Positions 21,152 through 30,940 of a stretch of DNA of 64,000 nt are shown piece by piece. This stretch comes from Planctomycetota bacterium (GTDB lineage Bacteria > Planctomycetota > B15-G4 > JADJEK01): contig JADJEK010000007.1 in the NCBI GenBank assembly GCA_016709145.1, positions 129,328-193,327 on the forward strand, given 5' to 3'. The notes beneath the pieces are model-generated. The model was not told the origin of the DNA, ran no database searches, and worked only from the letters and a program-made list of their open reading frames with translations. Each line of letters opens with the position of its first letter. The stretch's first letter is position 1. A program made the position numbers and the translations under genes.

Positions 21152-21179
21152 ACTCCTTCGACGGGTCGACGACGCACGC

Positions 21180-22334
21180 ATGAACAAGAAGGTCATCGAC
21201 ACGCTGGTCGGGCTGTTCCTGCTCGCCGCCGTCCTGCTCGGCCTGCTCGCGCTGGTGTCGCGCACGACGCTGCGTTCGCTGTTCACGAAGACGTCGGTCG
21301 TCGAGACCTGGCTGCCGCGCTCGTTGGTCACCGAAGGCAGCGCGGTCTACTTCCGCAGCTACCGCGTCGGCAGCGTGCTGCGCGTCGAACCGCGCTTCTT
21401 CAACACCACGCCCGGCGAGGACTGGTTCCGCGTCGACCTCGCGATCGACCCCGAGTTCAGCGGCGCGATCACCGACCAGTTCGTCACGACGATCGAATCC
21501 GGACCGCTCGGCAACATCACCGGCGCGAACTTGCTGCTGATCGCACCCGGTGAAGAAGGTTCGGGGATCGAGGGTCCCGTGTCGAAGGCGGGCACGCCGC
21601 TCGCCGCGCTCGAAGGCCGCAAGGTCGTGCTGCGCTACAACAACCCGACCTCGCTCGTCGACTCGTTGAAGGCGCAATTCGACGAGCTCATGCCGTTCAT
21701 CAAGCAAGCGATCCAGAGCGGCACCAAGTTGATCGACCAACTCGCCGATCCGCAGGGCGACTTGATGCGCTCGGTCGCCGAACTGCGACGCGCGGCCGAA
21801 GATCTGAACCGCGACGAAGGCCCGTTGCGCCGATCCTTGAACCAACTGCTCGATCTGACGCAGAAGCTGAACCAGGACGACGGACCGGTGCTCGGCGCGC
21901 TCGGCAAGGTCGACAGCGTCGTGTCGCACGTCGACGGCATCCTCGCGGGTCTCGAGCGCGGCGAGGGCATCGCCGGCGGCCTGCTGAAGGATCCGAAGAT
22001 GAAGGACGAGCTGCTCGCGACGATGACCGAACTGCGCGGCATCGCCGAGCAGACGCGCAAGCTGCTCGAGGAAGCGCATCCCACACTCGGCAACGTCGAG
22101 AAGACCACCGCGGAATTGCCGGTGATGATGAAGAAGATCACGTCGATCCTGGAACGACTCGACGCCGCATCGCGCGACCTGCCCGGCATCGCGCAGGAAG
22201 TCCAAGCGCTGCTGGTGGAGACCGACGAGACGCTGCGCGCGGTCCAGAAGCTGCCGTTCGTGCGCGACTACGTCGCCACTCCGGACGAAGTCGTCCCGCC
22301 CGTGCTGCCGGCCTCCGGCGGAGGTGGTTCGTGA
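21180..22334 (+). CDS. MlaD-like MCE-domain protein with long C-terminal helical region
   Basis: N-terminal TM (LVGLFLLAAVLLGLLALV), MCE-domain core (SAVYFRSYRVGSVLRVEP...VDLAIDPE), then about 200 aa of heptad-like helical sequence. Stop overlaps the next GTG start. Confidence 0.75.
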   Translation: MNKKVIDTLVGLFLLAAVLLGLLALVSRTTLRSLFTKTSVVETWLPRSLVTEGSAVYFRSYRVGSVLRVEPRFFNTTPGEDWFRVDLAIDPEFSGAITDQFVTTIESGPLGNITGANLLLIAPGEEGSGIEGPVSKAGTPLAALEGRKVVLRYNNPTSLVDSLKAQFDELMPFIKQAIQSGTKLIDQLADPQGDLMRSVAELRRAAEDLNRDEGPLRRSLNQLLDLTQKLNQDDGPVLGALGKVDSVVSHVDGILAGLERGEGIAGGLLKDPKMKDELLATMTELRGIAEQTRKLLEEAHPTLGNVEKTTAELPVMMKKITSILERLDAASRDLPGIAQEVQALLVETDETLRAVQKLPFVRDYVATPDEVVPPVLPASGGGGS

Positions 22335-23266
22335 ACGCGCTCCGTTCGTTGCGCAGCGGCCTCTGCGCGCTCGCGGCACTCCACGCGATCGGCTGCTCGA
22401 GCCCGCAGCCGTCGTTCGAGGACAAGCGCGCGCAGTACCACTTGCGCGTGGGGTCCGATGCGTTCCGGCGCGGCGACCTGAATGCCGCGGCGCTCGGATT
22501 CGAACGCGCGCTCGAAGTCGCGCGCGGTCTCGCCGACGAACGCACCGAAGCCGACGCGCTGCTGCAACTCGGCGCGGTGTTCGACACGCTCGGCAACGCT
22601 TCGCGCGCGGCCGAGCTGTACGACGAGGGCATCGCCGCCTCGAGTCGCGGCGAGTCGCACTACGACCGCGGCGTCCTGGCCGGGCACCTGAATCGCGCGC
22701 GCCAGTGCGTGGCGGCGAACGCGCTCGAGCAGGCCGTGACCCACATCGACGCCGCGCGCGCCGCGGCCGAGCGCATCGGTGGACGCTCCGAGCGCGCCGC
22801 GGTGCTGCGCCACGAAGCGATCGTGCTCGAACACGAGAGCCGATGGGACGACGCCGCCGATCGCGCCAACGAAGCGGAACAACTCGACGCATTGGCGCCG
22901 CGTTCACCCGAGACACTCGCGGGGCGCGCCGACGCCCACTTGATCCTGGGCCGCGTGCTGCGCGCGAAGGGCGACGCCGTGGCGGCGGTCACGCACTTCA
23001 AAGAAGCGGAGCGCCTGGCGCGCGAGCTGTCCGACCGCACGCTCATCGCATTCGCACTCGAATCGAGCGGGACGACGCTGTTCGAACAAGGCCGCTTCAC
23101 CGACGCCCGCGTGTTCTTCCGCCGCGCGTTCGACGTGAACGCGCGCATCCCACGAGCCGACCGAGCGCTCGCCAACGTGGAGTGGCTGAAGCGCATCGCC
23201 GAGAAGACCGGCGAAGCCGGAGACCTCGAGGCGGTGAGCGCTGAAGCGGAGGCTCCGCCTCCGTAG
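22331..23266 (+). CDS. TPR-repeat lipoprotein (last gene of Mla-like operon)
   Basis: Lipobox LAALHAIGC|S. Several TPR-like helix pairs (YHLRVGSDAFRRGDLNAAALGFERALEVAR...). GTG start overlaps the MlaD stop. Confidence 0.6.
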   Translation: MNALRSLRSGLCALAALHAIGCSSPQPSFEDKRAQYHLRVGSDAFRRGDLNAAALGFERALEVARGLADERTEADALLQLGAVFDTLGNASRAAELYDEGIAASSRGESHYDRGVLAGHLNRARQCVAANALEQAVTHIDAARAAAERIGGRSERAAVLRHEAIVLEHESRWDDAADRANEAEQLDALAPRSPETLAGRADAHLILGRVLRAKGDAVAAVTHFKEAERLARELSDRTLIAFALESSGTTLFEQGRFTDARVFFRRAFDVNARIPRADRALANVEWLKRIAEKTGEAGDLEAVSAEAEAPPP

Positions 23267-24276
23267 GCCAGGCCCGGGGGCGCTTCGCTTGACGCCGAAG
23301 GCGAAGGCGGGGGGAACTTCGTTCCCCCGCACCCCCCTCGTTCGACCGCTCGCGGTCGAACGACCAAAGGGGGGCTTCACAAACGAGCAAAGCCCCCCTT
23401 TGGGAACCCCCGTGCCCTTGAGTCGCTCGTGAGACTTGACGCGAAGGGACGTCGAGACCTGCTCTCGCTGCGGCCGTTCAAAGCCGCAGGGGTGGCTTGT
23501 CGAGGGCGTGAAGAGCGACCCCTGTCCATTTCACGCCAGGTGACGTACTGACGAGACGCGTAGAGCGGATCGCCACAGCTGCGGCGGGCTGCTGAACGGC
23601 CGCAGCGAGAGCAGGTCTCGACGTCCCTAGGCGACGGAGTGGTTACTCGGGCACGCACGAGCTTGAACCCGAGGGAGAACTCCGGGTCGCGCTTCGCGCT
23701 CCGCGGTGGCGATTGAAGGAGTGGGGACAGAGCAGATGAGGGGACTGTCCCCACCCGAGCTCGACGGCCATGACGGGGACGGAGGCGGGTCTGTCCCCGA
23801 TGTGTCCCCCGTGACCGCACGCCGTTACCCGGCAGTCGCCGTTCGCACTCCATTCGTTCGACACAATTGCGCAAGTCCTTGGCCCGTCGTCGTGTAGCCC
23901 GCGTGCTTTTGCCGCCGGCAATCGCGCGCGGGTACCCGCGTCGGATTGCCGGCGGCAAATGCACGCGGGCTGCCGTCCCACCCTTGCCCCCGGGGCAACC
24001 GGCTCCCGCGCCGTCGTCACCGCTTTCCATTGTCCCGTTCACGTTCTCGGCCTCCGGTTCGGTCGTCGCCCGCTCGATGCATGGATCGAACGCTCATCCG
24101 GACCCAGTCGCCGGCGACTCCTTCCTCCGGATCGCCGGTCGTTGCCGCGGGAGCTCGGAGTGCCTCGACTCGGCGGTAGCCACTCGCATTGCGTTCGGGT
24201 TAAGCTCCGCCCGCCCCGCTCGCTCTCTCCCGTCCCTTCGCCTAGGGATCGTCCCCCATCTTCGGAGTTCCACCCG
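23267..24276. repeat. Composite structured intergenic repeat, copy A (shares modules with copies at ~47100-47990 and ~60600-61475)
   Basis: Modules in order: G/C hairpins (ttcgaccgctcgcggtcgaa; ggggggcttc...aagcccccc). A ~200-bp element bounded by 35-bp inverted terminal repeats (gacgtcgagacctgctctcgctgcggccgttca ... tgaacggccgcagcgagagcaggtctcgacgtc, ~23434-23634). A ggggacag...ctgtcccc hairpin block (>98 % identical to the inverted copy at 60880-61060). A 76-bp near-palindrome centred on GGGTACCC (~23886-23961) plus a conserved 85-bp tail (23962-24045) shared with copy B. Confidence 0.7.
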
Positions 24277-26142
24277 ATGTCGGCCCCAGCCACACCGGTC
24301 GTGCGTGCGCTCGTGCTCGCGCTGACCTGCTCGCCGCTCGCTTCGGCTCAATTGTTCACCGACGTGACCGCGACGTCCGGAGCTAGCTCCGAGAAGGGCT
24401 ACAGCGCCGCGCCCTGCGACTACGACAACGACGGCGATCTCGACTTCGCGTTGACGAGTTCCTCGAACAACGCGTTCAAGATGTATCGCAACCTCGGCAA
24501 CGGCACGATCCAGTTCACGAACGCGACTTCGGCCTCCGGGTTCTCGACCAGCCTCGGCAGCGGGCGCACCGTGACGTTCGCCGACTACGACAACGACGGC
24601 GACCCGGACCTGTTCATGGGACGCGAGATCGGCTTCTCCGGCAGCAACAACCGGCTGTACCAGAACAACGGATCCGGCGTGTACGCGGAGGTCACCGCCG
24701 CTGCGGGACTGACCGCGACGAACACCGATCCGCGCGGGTCGGTGTGGTTCGACTACGACCACGACGGCGATCTCGACCTCTATCTCGCGAACGCGCGCGA
24801 CTTCAACGGCACGCGTGACGCGATGTGGAGCAACAACGGCAACGGCACGTTCTCCGACGTGACGAACGCTGCGGGCTTGCCGACGACGAACGACCCGTCG
24901 TTCGGTAGCTCGACCGCGGACTTCGACGGCGACGGCGACCTCGACCTCTACGTCGAGACCGGACAGATCGGCACCAGCGGCACGACGCCGTGGCCGAACA
25001 AGCTGTTGCGCAGCAACCTGATCGAGACCGGATCGCCGACGTTCACGGACGTCGCGCCGTCGCTCGGGGTCGACCGCAAGGGCGAAGGCTACGCGACGTT
25101 CTGGTTCGACTACGACAACGACCACGACTTCGACCTCTATCACGCCGTGTTCACGAACGGACTCGACGTGTTCGGTCAAGCGAACGCGTTGTTCCGCAAC
25201 AACGGCGACGCGACGTTCACGGACATCTCGGTGTCGGCCGGCGTGCAGCACGCGCTCGAGGACAACGGCGCGCAGCAGTTCGACTTCGACTACGACGGGC
25301 TCGAGGACTTCTACGTCTCGTCGTTCTCGGCCAACAACCCGCTGTACCGCAACAACGGCAACCAGACGTTCTCGGTGCCCGCGAACGCGGGCACGCCGGG
25401 CAACAGCGGCGGCTCGAACATCCTGCCGGGCGACTTCGACGCCGACGGCGACGTCGACCTGATCTACGTCTCGTTCACGGCGAACAAGGCCTACCGCAAC
25501 AACGGCAGCGGACTCGGTCACTACCTCAAGATCAACCTGGTCGGCACGCAGTCGAACCGCGACGGCGTCGGCGCCGTGATCCGCGTCGTCACCGCCGACG
25601 GCGTCTCGCGTCGGTTCCAGCGTTCGATCGGTTCGGGCTACGGCTCGATGGTGCCGAAGACGTTCGCGGTCGGACTCGGGTCGAACACCGTCGCCGAGAC
25701 CGTTGAAGTCGTGTGGCCGAAGTCGCGGATCGTCCAAGTGCTGACGAACGTGGCCGCCGACCAGACGATCACGATCACCGAGAGCGGCTTGGCGACGTCG
25801 ATCCTCTCGATCGCGTCGAACCACTCGGTCGGCAATCCGCTGACGTTCAATCTCCGTGGTTCGCCGAACGCGTCGGCGACGATCCTGATGTCGCTCGGCG
25901 ACGGACCGGTCGCGCTGTTCCCGTACGGCACGCTGCTGCAGGAGCCGACGTTCTTCCTGTTCCTGCTGAACGGCACGTCGGGCTTCGGACCGTTCCTCGA
26001 CGCGACCGGCAAGCTGTCGATCCCGACCGCGCTGCCGAACGACCCGTTCTTGGTCGGTCTGAAGATCGCGTTCCAGAGCGCGGAGACCGCGGCCGGCGTC
26101 ACCACGCTCGGCAACGGCGTGCCCTTCGACATCCGACCGTGA
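24277..26142 (+). CDS. Secreted FG-GAP/VCBS-repeat protein (paralog P3) with the family C-terminal domain
   Basis: MSAPATPVVRALVLALTCSPLASAQ signal. Repeats DYDNDGDLDFAL, DYDNDGDPDLFM, DYDHDGDLDLYL, DFDGDGDLDLYV etc. C-terminal ...LSIPTALPNDPFLVGLKIAFQSAETAAGVTTLGNGVPFDIRP. ATG is residue 107 of the 23959..26142 track ORF. Confidence 0.75.
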   Translation: MSAPATPVVRALVLALTCSPLASAQLFTDVTATSGASSEKGYSAAPCDYDNDGDLDFALTSSSNNAFKMYRNLGNGTIQFTNATSASGFSTSLGSGRTVTFADYDNDGDPDLFMGREIGFSGSNNRLYQNNGSGVYAEVTAAAGLTATNTDPRGSVWFDYDHDGDLDLYLANARDFNGTRDAMWSNNGNGTFSDVTNAAGLPTTNDPSFGSSTADFDGDGDLDLYVETGQIGTSGTTPWPNKLLRSNLIETGSPTFTDVAPSLGVDRKGEGYATFWFDYDNDHDFDLYHAVFTNGLDVFGQANALFRNNGDATFTDISVSAGVQHALEDNGAQQFDFDYDGLEDFYVSSFSANNPLYRNNGNQTFSVPANAGTPGNSGGSNILPGDFDADGDVDLIYVSFTANKAYRNNGSGLGHYLKINLVGTQSNRDGVGAVIRVVTADGVSRRFQRSIGSGYGSMVPKTFAVGLGSNTVAETVEVVWPKSRIVQVLTNVAADQTITITESGLATSILSIASNHSVGNPLTFNLRGSPNASATILMSLGDGPVALFPYGTLLQEPTFFLFLLNGTSGFGPFLDATGKLSIPTALPNDPFLVGLKIAFQSAETAAGVTTLGNGVPFDIRP

Positions 26143-26158
26143 TCGGCGGAGCTCGCGC

Positions 26159-27277
26159 TTGATCGCTGCAGTCGCGCTCGTCGTCGCCGCGCTCGCTTTC
26201 GTCCAAGACGGAGGCCGCGCGGCGACGGCACGATTGCAGGACGACGCGATCGAGGCGAAGGCACCGCCGACACCGCCGACGTTGCGCGAGGTCGGCCAGG
26301 GCGTGCTCGAACGTTCGCGCAGCGACGGGTTCGCGGCCGTGCGTGAGGACGTGGCGCGCTTCGTCGACGATGTGATCGCCGCGAACGTCTACGAGTCCCC
26401 GCCGGACATCGTTCTCGGTGACGTGCTGGACGCGCTGCTCGAGCAACAGATCACGCTCGCCGCAGCACTCCAGGACCACGAGCTGATGACCAGCACCGCC
26501 GTCGCGTTGGCACTGGTCGGCAGCGGGGAACGCGGCGTGGCTCGACTCGAAGCCGCGGTCGCCATGCACGACGCGACGTTCGCGTGCGTGCTCGCCGCGG
26601 GTCACGTCCGCTCCGCGCGCGATGACGCAAATGGCGCGCTCGAGCTCTACGAACGCGCGAGCGCTCTGCGCCCCGACTCGTCGCTGCCGTGGCACGACCG
26701 CGGCGCCACGCTCGGACGATTGGGTCGCTTCCCGCAAGCGCTCGAAGCGTTCGACGCGGCATTACGCATCGACCCGACGAATGCGGGAGCGCAGTTCAAC
26801 CGCGCGATCGTGTTGGAGAAGCTCGATCGCGCCGGTGACGCCGAGCAGGCGTATCGGACGTTGGCGTCGGGCGACACGCCGTACGCGCCGCGCGCCGCGT
26901 TGAATCTCGGCACGATCCTCGTGCGTCGCGGCGATCGCGAGGGCGCTCGCACCGCGTACGAGCGCTGCGTGGAACTCGATCCGGATTCTGCATCGGGCCG
27001 GCACAACCTCGGCGCGCTGCTCGTCGAGCTCGGCGAGGACGCCGCCGCGAAACCGCATCTCGAGCGCGCGGCGACCTTGCGCCCGAACGATCCCCGCCCG
27101 CTCGCACTGCTCGGGCAGATCGCCGACGACGCCGGCGACGTCGAGACCGCCGAGCGCCACCTGCGCGCGGCGCTGCGCTGCGATCCGCGCTTCCAGAGCG
27201 CTCGCTATCGCTTGGCTCAACTGCTGCGCCGAAGCGGCCGCGCGGAGGCCGCCAAGGAGTTCGAGGACGCGTCATGA
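26159..27277 (+). CDS. TPR-repeat protein with N-terminal signal/anchor
   Basis: MIAAVALVVAALAFV hydrophobic N-terminus. At least 6 TPR units (e.g. AQFNRAIVLEKLDRAGDAEQAYRTLA; GRHNLGALLVELGEDAAAKPHLERAATLRP). Stop overlaps the next gene's start. Confidence 0.7.
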   Translation: MIAAVALVVAALAFVQDGGRAATARLQDDAIEAKAPPTPPTLREVGQGVLERSRSDGFAAVREDVARFVDDVIAANVYESPPDIVLGDVLDALLEQQITLAAALQDHELMTSTAVALALVGSGERGVARLEAAVAMHDATFACVLAAGHVRSARDDANGALELYERASALRPDSSLPWHDRGATLGRLGRFPQALEAFDAALRIDPTNAGAQFNRAIVLEKLDRAGDAEQAYRTLASGDTPYAPRAALNLGTILVRRGDREGARTAYERCVELDPDSASGRHNLGALLVELGEDAAAKPHLERAATLRPNDPRPLALLGQIADDAGDVETAERHLRAALRCDPRFQSARYRLAQLLRRSGRAEAAKEFEDAS

Positions 27278-28947
27278 CGTCCTGGCTCGCGGCCTGCTGC
27301 GTCGCGTGGCTGTGCGCGCCGCAGGCGCCGACCGCACCTTGGTTCGTCGAGCGTCCTGCTCCCGCGTTCGTCGACCACCACGGCCGCGTGGGACTCGCGA
27401 AGCGCTCGATCACCGAAGTGAACGGCGGCGGCGTCGGTCTGTTCGACCTCGAAGGGGACGGCGACCTCGATCTGTTCTTCGCGCAGGGAGATCCCCACGA
27501 CGGCAGCGGGCCACGACCGTCGCAGGTGTTCCGCAACGACGGCGCGTTCCGCTTCGAGGACGTCACGACGGCCTGTGGACTCGATCTCGCGATCGACGCC
27601 TGCGGCGTCGCGGTCGGCGACGTCGACGACGACGGGGACGACGACCTCTACGTCACGGCGATCGGCGACGACGCGCTGCTGCGCAACGACGGCGGCAAGT
27701 TGGTCCGCGTCGACGGCGCTGCCGGCGCCAGCGATCCGCTCTGGAGCACGTCGGCGTGCCTCTGCGATCTCGACGGCGACGGCGACCTCGACCTCTACGT
27801 GTGCAACTACCTCGCGCTCGACGAGACCGCGGACTCACTGACGCGCGCAGGCGCGACGTTCCGCGGCATGCCCGTATTGGCCGGCCCGCTCGGGTTCAAC
27901 GCCGTGCCCGATCGGCTCTACCGCAACCGACTGCGTGAGGACGGCACGCTGCGCTTCGAGCCGATCGACGACGCGGCGATCGGACCGCCTGCGTTCGCGC
28001 TCGGCCTGCTCGCGCTCGACGCCGACGGCGACCGCGATCTCGACCTCTACGTGGCCAACGACTCGCAGCCGAATCAGTTGTTGCGCAACGACGGCGACCT
28101 GAAGTTCGTCGACATCGGACTCGAAGCCGGCGTCGCGCTCGGAGCCGCCGGAAACGCGCAGGCCGGCATGGGAGTCGCCGCGGGCGACCTCGACGGCGAT
28201 CGCGTCGACGACCTGTTCGTGACCAACTTTTCGCACGACACCAACACGCTGTACCGCGGGCTCGGCGGCGCGGCGTTCAAGGACACTTCGCGCACGTCGG
28301 GACTCGGGCCGCCTTCGTTCGCGCACCTCGGCTTCGGTTGCGCGTTCGTCGACGCCGATCTCGACGGCGCCCTCGACGTCGTGATCGCCAACGGGCACGT
28401 CTATCCGAACGTCGAAGCGAGTGCGCTGCAGACCAGCTACCGCCAGCCGCTGACGGCGTTCGCGAACGACGGGCGCGGTCGCTTCAAGCCGTTCGGCGCT
28501 GCCTTCGCCACCGAGCCTTGCGTCGGCCGCGGCCTCGCGGTCGGCGATCTCGACGGCGATGGCGCGCAAGATCTCGTCGTCACGCGCCTCGACGAAGCGC
28601 CACTCGTGCTCGGCAACACGAATGCGACGACGGCCCGCATCGTGCTGCGCTTGATCGGCGCGGTGCGCAGCGGTCGCGATGCGATCGGCGCTCGAGTCAC
28701 GCTCGAACTCGAGGACGGCACGCGCCGCGTGCGTTCGATCGTCGGTGGTGGCTCGTTCCAGTCGGCGAGCGCGCGCGAGCTCGTGTTCGGGCTCTGCGAG
28801 AGCGACGCGTCGGCCACGCTCACCGTCGATTGGCCTTCGGGCGCGAGTCGGACCCTCACGGCAGAACCGTGGACGCGGTCGACGCTGACCGAGGGCGTCG
28901 ACGCGATCGAACGCGTCGTACTGCCTCGACCCGGGTCGCTGCGCTGA
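27274..28947 (+). CDS. ASPIC/UnbV (CRTAC1-like) FG-GAP repeat protein
   Basis: FG-GAP repeats (FDLEGDGDLDLFF, GDVDDDGDDDLYV, CDLDGDGDLDLYV, GDLDGDRVDDLFV, GDLDGDGAQDLVV). C-terminal UnbV_ASPIC-like segment (RIVLRLIG...GRDAIGARVTLELEDGTRRVRSIVGGGSFQSASARELVFGL). Overlapping start with upstream TPR gene. Confidence 0.8.
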   Translation: MTSWLAACCVAWLCAPQAPTAPWFVERPAPAFVDHHGRVGLAKRSITEVNGGGVGLFDLEGDGDLDLFFAQGDPHDGSGPRPSQVFRNDGAFRFEDVTTACGLDLAIDACGVAVGDVDDDGDDDLYVTAIGDDALLRNDGGKLVRVDGAAGASDPLWSTSACLCDLDGDGDLDLYVCNYLALDETADSLTRAGATFRGMPVLAGPLGFNAVPDRLYRNRLREDGTLRFEPIDDAAIGPPAFALGLLALDADGDRDLDLYVANDSQPNQLLRNDGDLKFVDIGLEAGVALGAAGNAQAGMGVAAGDLDGDRVDDLFVTNFSHDTNTLYRGLGGAAFKDTSRTSGLGPPSFAHLGFGCAFVDADLDGALDVVIANGHVYPNVEASALQTSYRQPLTAFANDGRGRFKPFGAAFATEPCVGRGLAVGDLDGDGAQDLVVTRLDEAPLVLGNTNATTARIVLRLIGAVRSGRDAIGARVTLELEDGTRRVRSIVGGGSFQSASARELVFGLCESDASATLTVDWPSGASRTLTAEPWTRSTLTEGVDAIERVVLPRPGSLR

Positions 28948-29066
28948 ATCGCGCACTCTCGAGCATCCGGAACTCGACCGACCCGCTTCAAGATCGGGCC
29001 CCGAATCGGCCGATGCCGGATCGACGCTGCGGCCGGCCCCCATCCCCGTCGACCATCGAGAAGACC

Positions 29067-29810
29067 ATGCAAGGACCGCTCGAACGCACGCAGGATCCCG
29101 ACGCGCGCCGCGGCACGTTGCTGCTGCGTCGCGATCTCGTGGTGCAGGCGTTCGACCCCGTGTTCGCCGCGTGGACCGGTGTGGCGCCCGAGCACGCCGA
29201 GGGCAAGAACCTCGCGCTGTTCCTCCCGAACCTGCTCTTGGCCGACACCAGCGCGGTGCGTCGCGTGTTCGAGGAAGGCCGAGAAAGCCGGTTCTGCGCC
29301 ACGCTCGACGTGCGCTCCGGGGACGAGCTCGAACCCGTCCGGGTCGTGGTCGATCTCGCCCCCGTCCGCGTCGACGGCCAGACCCTGGCGCGGTTCTCTG
29401 CCACGCGCATCGACCGCGCCGGCCTCGACGCGCAACGCGACGCCGCGGAGGACAGGTCGCACGAAGCCTGCGCCGTGCGCGAGCGACTCGAAATGCTCGG
29501 CCTGTTCGACGATCCGCGAGCGCTGGACGACGCGCTGTGCAGCTTGGCCATGAGCGTGCGCGAGTGCCGCGGCCTGCTCACCGACGCGGTCCGTCGCGGC
29601 GACGTCACGACGGCCGCGGCCACCGCGCACCGTCTGAAAGGCGCGGCTTCGAACCTCGGCGCCGCGCGATTGACGGCGTCGGCGTTCGCGCTCGAACTCG
29701 CCCTGCGCAGCGCGGCCAGCGACGTGACGCACTTGCTGGCCGACGCCAGCGCCGCGATCGACCACGTGCTGTCGATCTGCCAACAGTTGCGCGGCGCCGC
29801 CACCGCCTGA
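29067..29810 (+). CDS. PAS-like/Hpt (histidine phosphotransfer) domain protein
   Basis: C-terminal four-helix Hpt signature with phospho-His context AHRLKGAASNLGAARL. N-terminal ~130 aa sensory-like. ATG is residue 244 of the 28338..29810 track ORF. Confidence 0.6.
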   Translation: MQGPLERTQDPDARRGTLLLRRDLVVQAFDPVFAAWTGVAPEHAEGKNLALFLPNLLLADTSAVRRVFEEGRESRFCATLDVRSGDELEPVRVVVDLAPVRVDGQTLARFSATRIDRAGLDAQRDAAEDRSHEACAVRERLEMLGLFDDPRALDDALCSLAMSVRECRGLLTDAVRRGDVTTAAATAHRLKGAASNLGAARLTASAFALELALRSAASDVTHLLADASAAIDHVLSICQQLRGAATA

Positions 29811-30029
29811 CGCATCGAGCGGTGCGCCTGCGGGCACTCGAGCCGAAGTCGTTCGCGGTCTTCTCGGCCGACGCGTGGATCGACCCCGCCCATCGCCGCC
29901 ACCGCGAGCCCCACGGAGTCCGTCGACCCCGTCGTGCGTCACATCGCCGCAGAACCCGCGGTGGACCGCGAACCAGCCGGCCCGATACCATGCCGCGCTC
30001 CGCATGCGGCTCCCCACCCGATGGGTTCC

Positions 30030-30932
30030 ATGAAGGTCGGATCCGAGACCATCGCCCGCGATCCTTCGTTCGCGACGTTGCTCGCCGACATCGGCGAGTT
30101 GACGAAGTTCCGCATCGGGTTCCTCGTGCTGGTGACGACCGCGGTCGCTTGGTTCTGGACCGCATCGGGTCCGTTCGACCCGACGGTCCTGCTCGCGACG
30201 ATGTTCGGCACCGCGCTGACGGCCTCGGGCGCCAACACGCTGAACCAATTGCTCGAACGCGACGTCGACGCCCGCATGGAGCGCACGCGCAACCGCCCGC
30301 TGCCGACGGGACGCTGGTCGCCGCTCGAAGCGTTGGTGTTCGGCTGCGGCCTGACGCTGGTCGGAGTCGCGCTGCTCGCGTACGCCGTGAACCCTCTGAC
30401 GGCCGCGATCGGCTTGTTCTCGGTGCTGTCGTACGTGCTGATCTACACGCCGTCGAAACGCAAGACGCCGCACAGCACGCTGATCGGCGCCGTGCCCGGC
30501 GCGCTGCCCGTGGTCATGGGCGTGACGGCCGCGACCGGCGGCGCCGACGTGCGTGCCGTCGTGCTGTTCTTGATCCTCACGCTCTGGCAATTGCCGCACT
30601 TCTACGCCATCGCCTGGCTGTACCGCGACGACTACGCGCGCGGCGGCTTCCCGATGCTGCCCGTCATCGACACGGACGGCCGCCGCACGGCATCCGCGAG
30701 CCTGATGGCGCTGTCGGCACTGATCCCGGTCACGCTGGCGCCGACGCTGCTCGGACTCGCCGGTTGGTCGTACTTCGTCGCCGCGCTCGTGCTCGGTGTG
30801 CTCTACGGAGTCACGGTGGTGCGCTTCGCGAAGACGCGCTCGCGCGAGGACGCGCGCTTCTCGTTCTTCGCGTCGATCGTGTACTTGCCACTGGTCCTGA
30901 CGCTGCTCGTGTTCGATCGCCTACAGGCGTGA
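30030..30932 (+). CDS. ctaB: Protoheme IX farnesyltransferase (heme O synthase)
   Basis: UbiA-family polytopic protein with conserved NQLLERDVDARMERTRNRPLPTGR and WQLPHFYAIAW motifs. Alternative start at 30021. Confidence 0.85.
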   Translation: MKVGSETIARDPSFATLLADIGELTKFRIGFLVLVTTAVAWFWTASGPFDPTVLLATMFGTALTASGANTLNQLLERDVDARMERTRNRPLPTGRWSPLEALVFGCGLTLVGVALLAYAVNPLTAAIGLFSVLSYVLIYTPSKRKTPHSTLIGAVPGALPVVMGVTAATGGADVRAVVLFLILTLWQLPHFYAIAWLYRDDYARGGFPMLPVIDTDGRRTASASLMALSALIPVTLAPTLLGLAGWSYFVAALVLGVLYGVTVVRFAKTRSREDARFSFFASIVYLPLVLTLLVFDRLQA

Positions 30933-30940
30933 GCGACGCG

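Noticed and set aside
23377-24042. Small ORFs inside the repeat copies (23377..24042-, 23706..23897+, 47439..47813+, 60551..61096-, 60775..61212+) whose translations are conserved between loci
   Set aside because: Conservation reflects near-identical DNA of a non-coding repeat (hairpins and palindromes span them). Sequences are Arg/Pro/Gly-rich without start context. Retained as possible but unlikely micro-ORFs.
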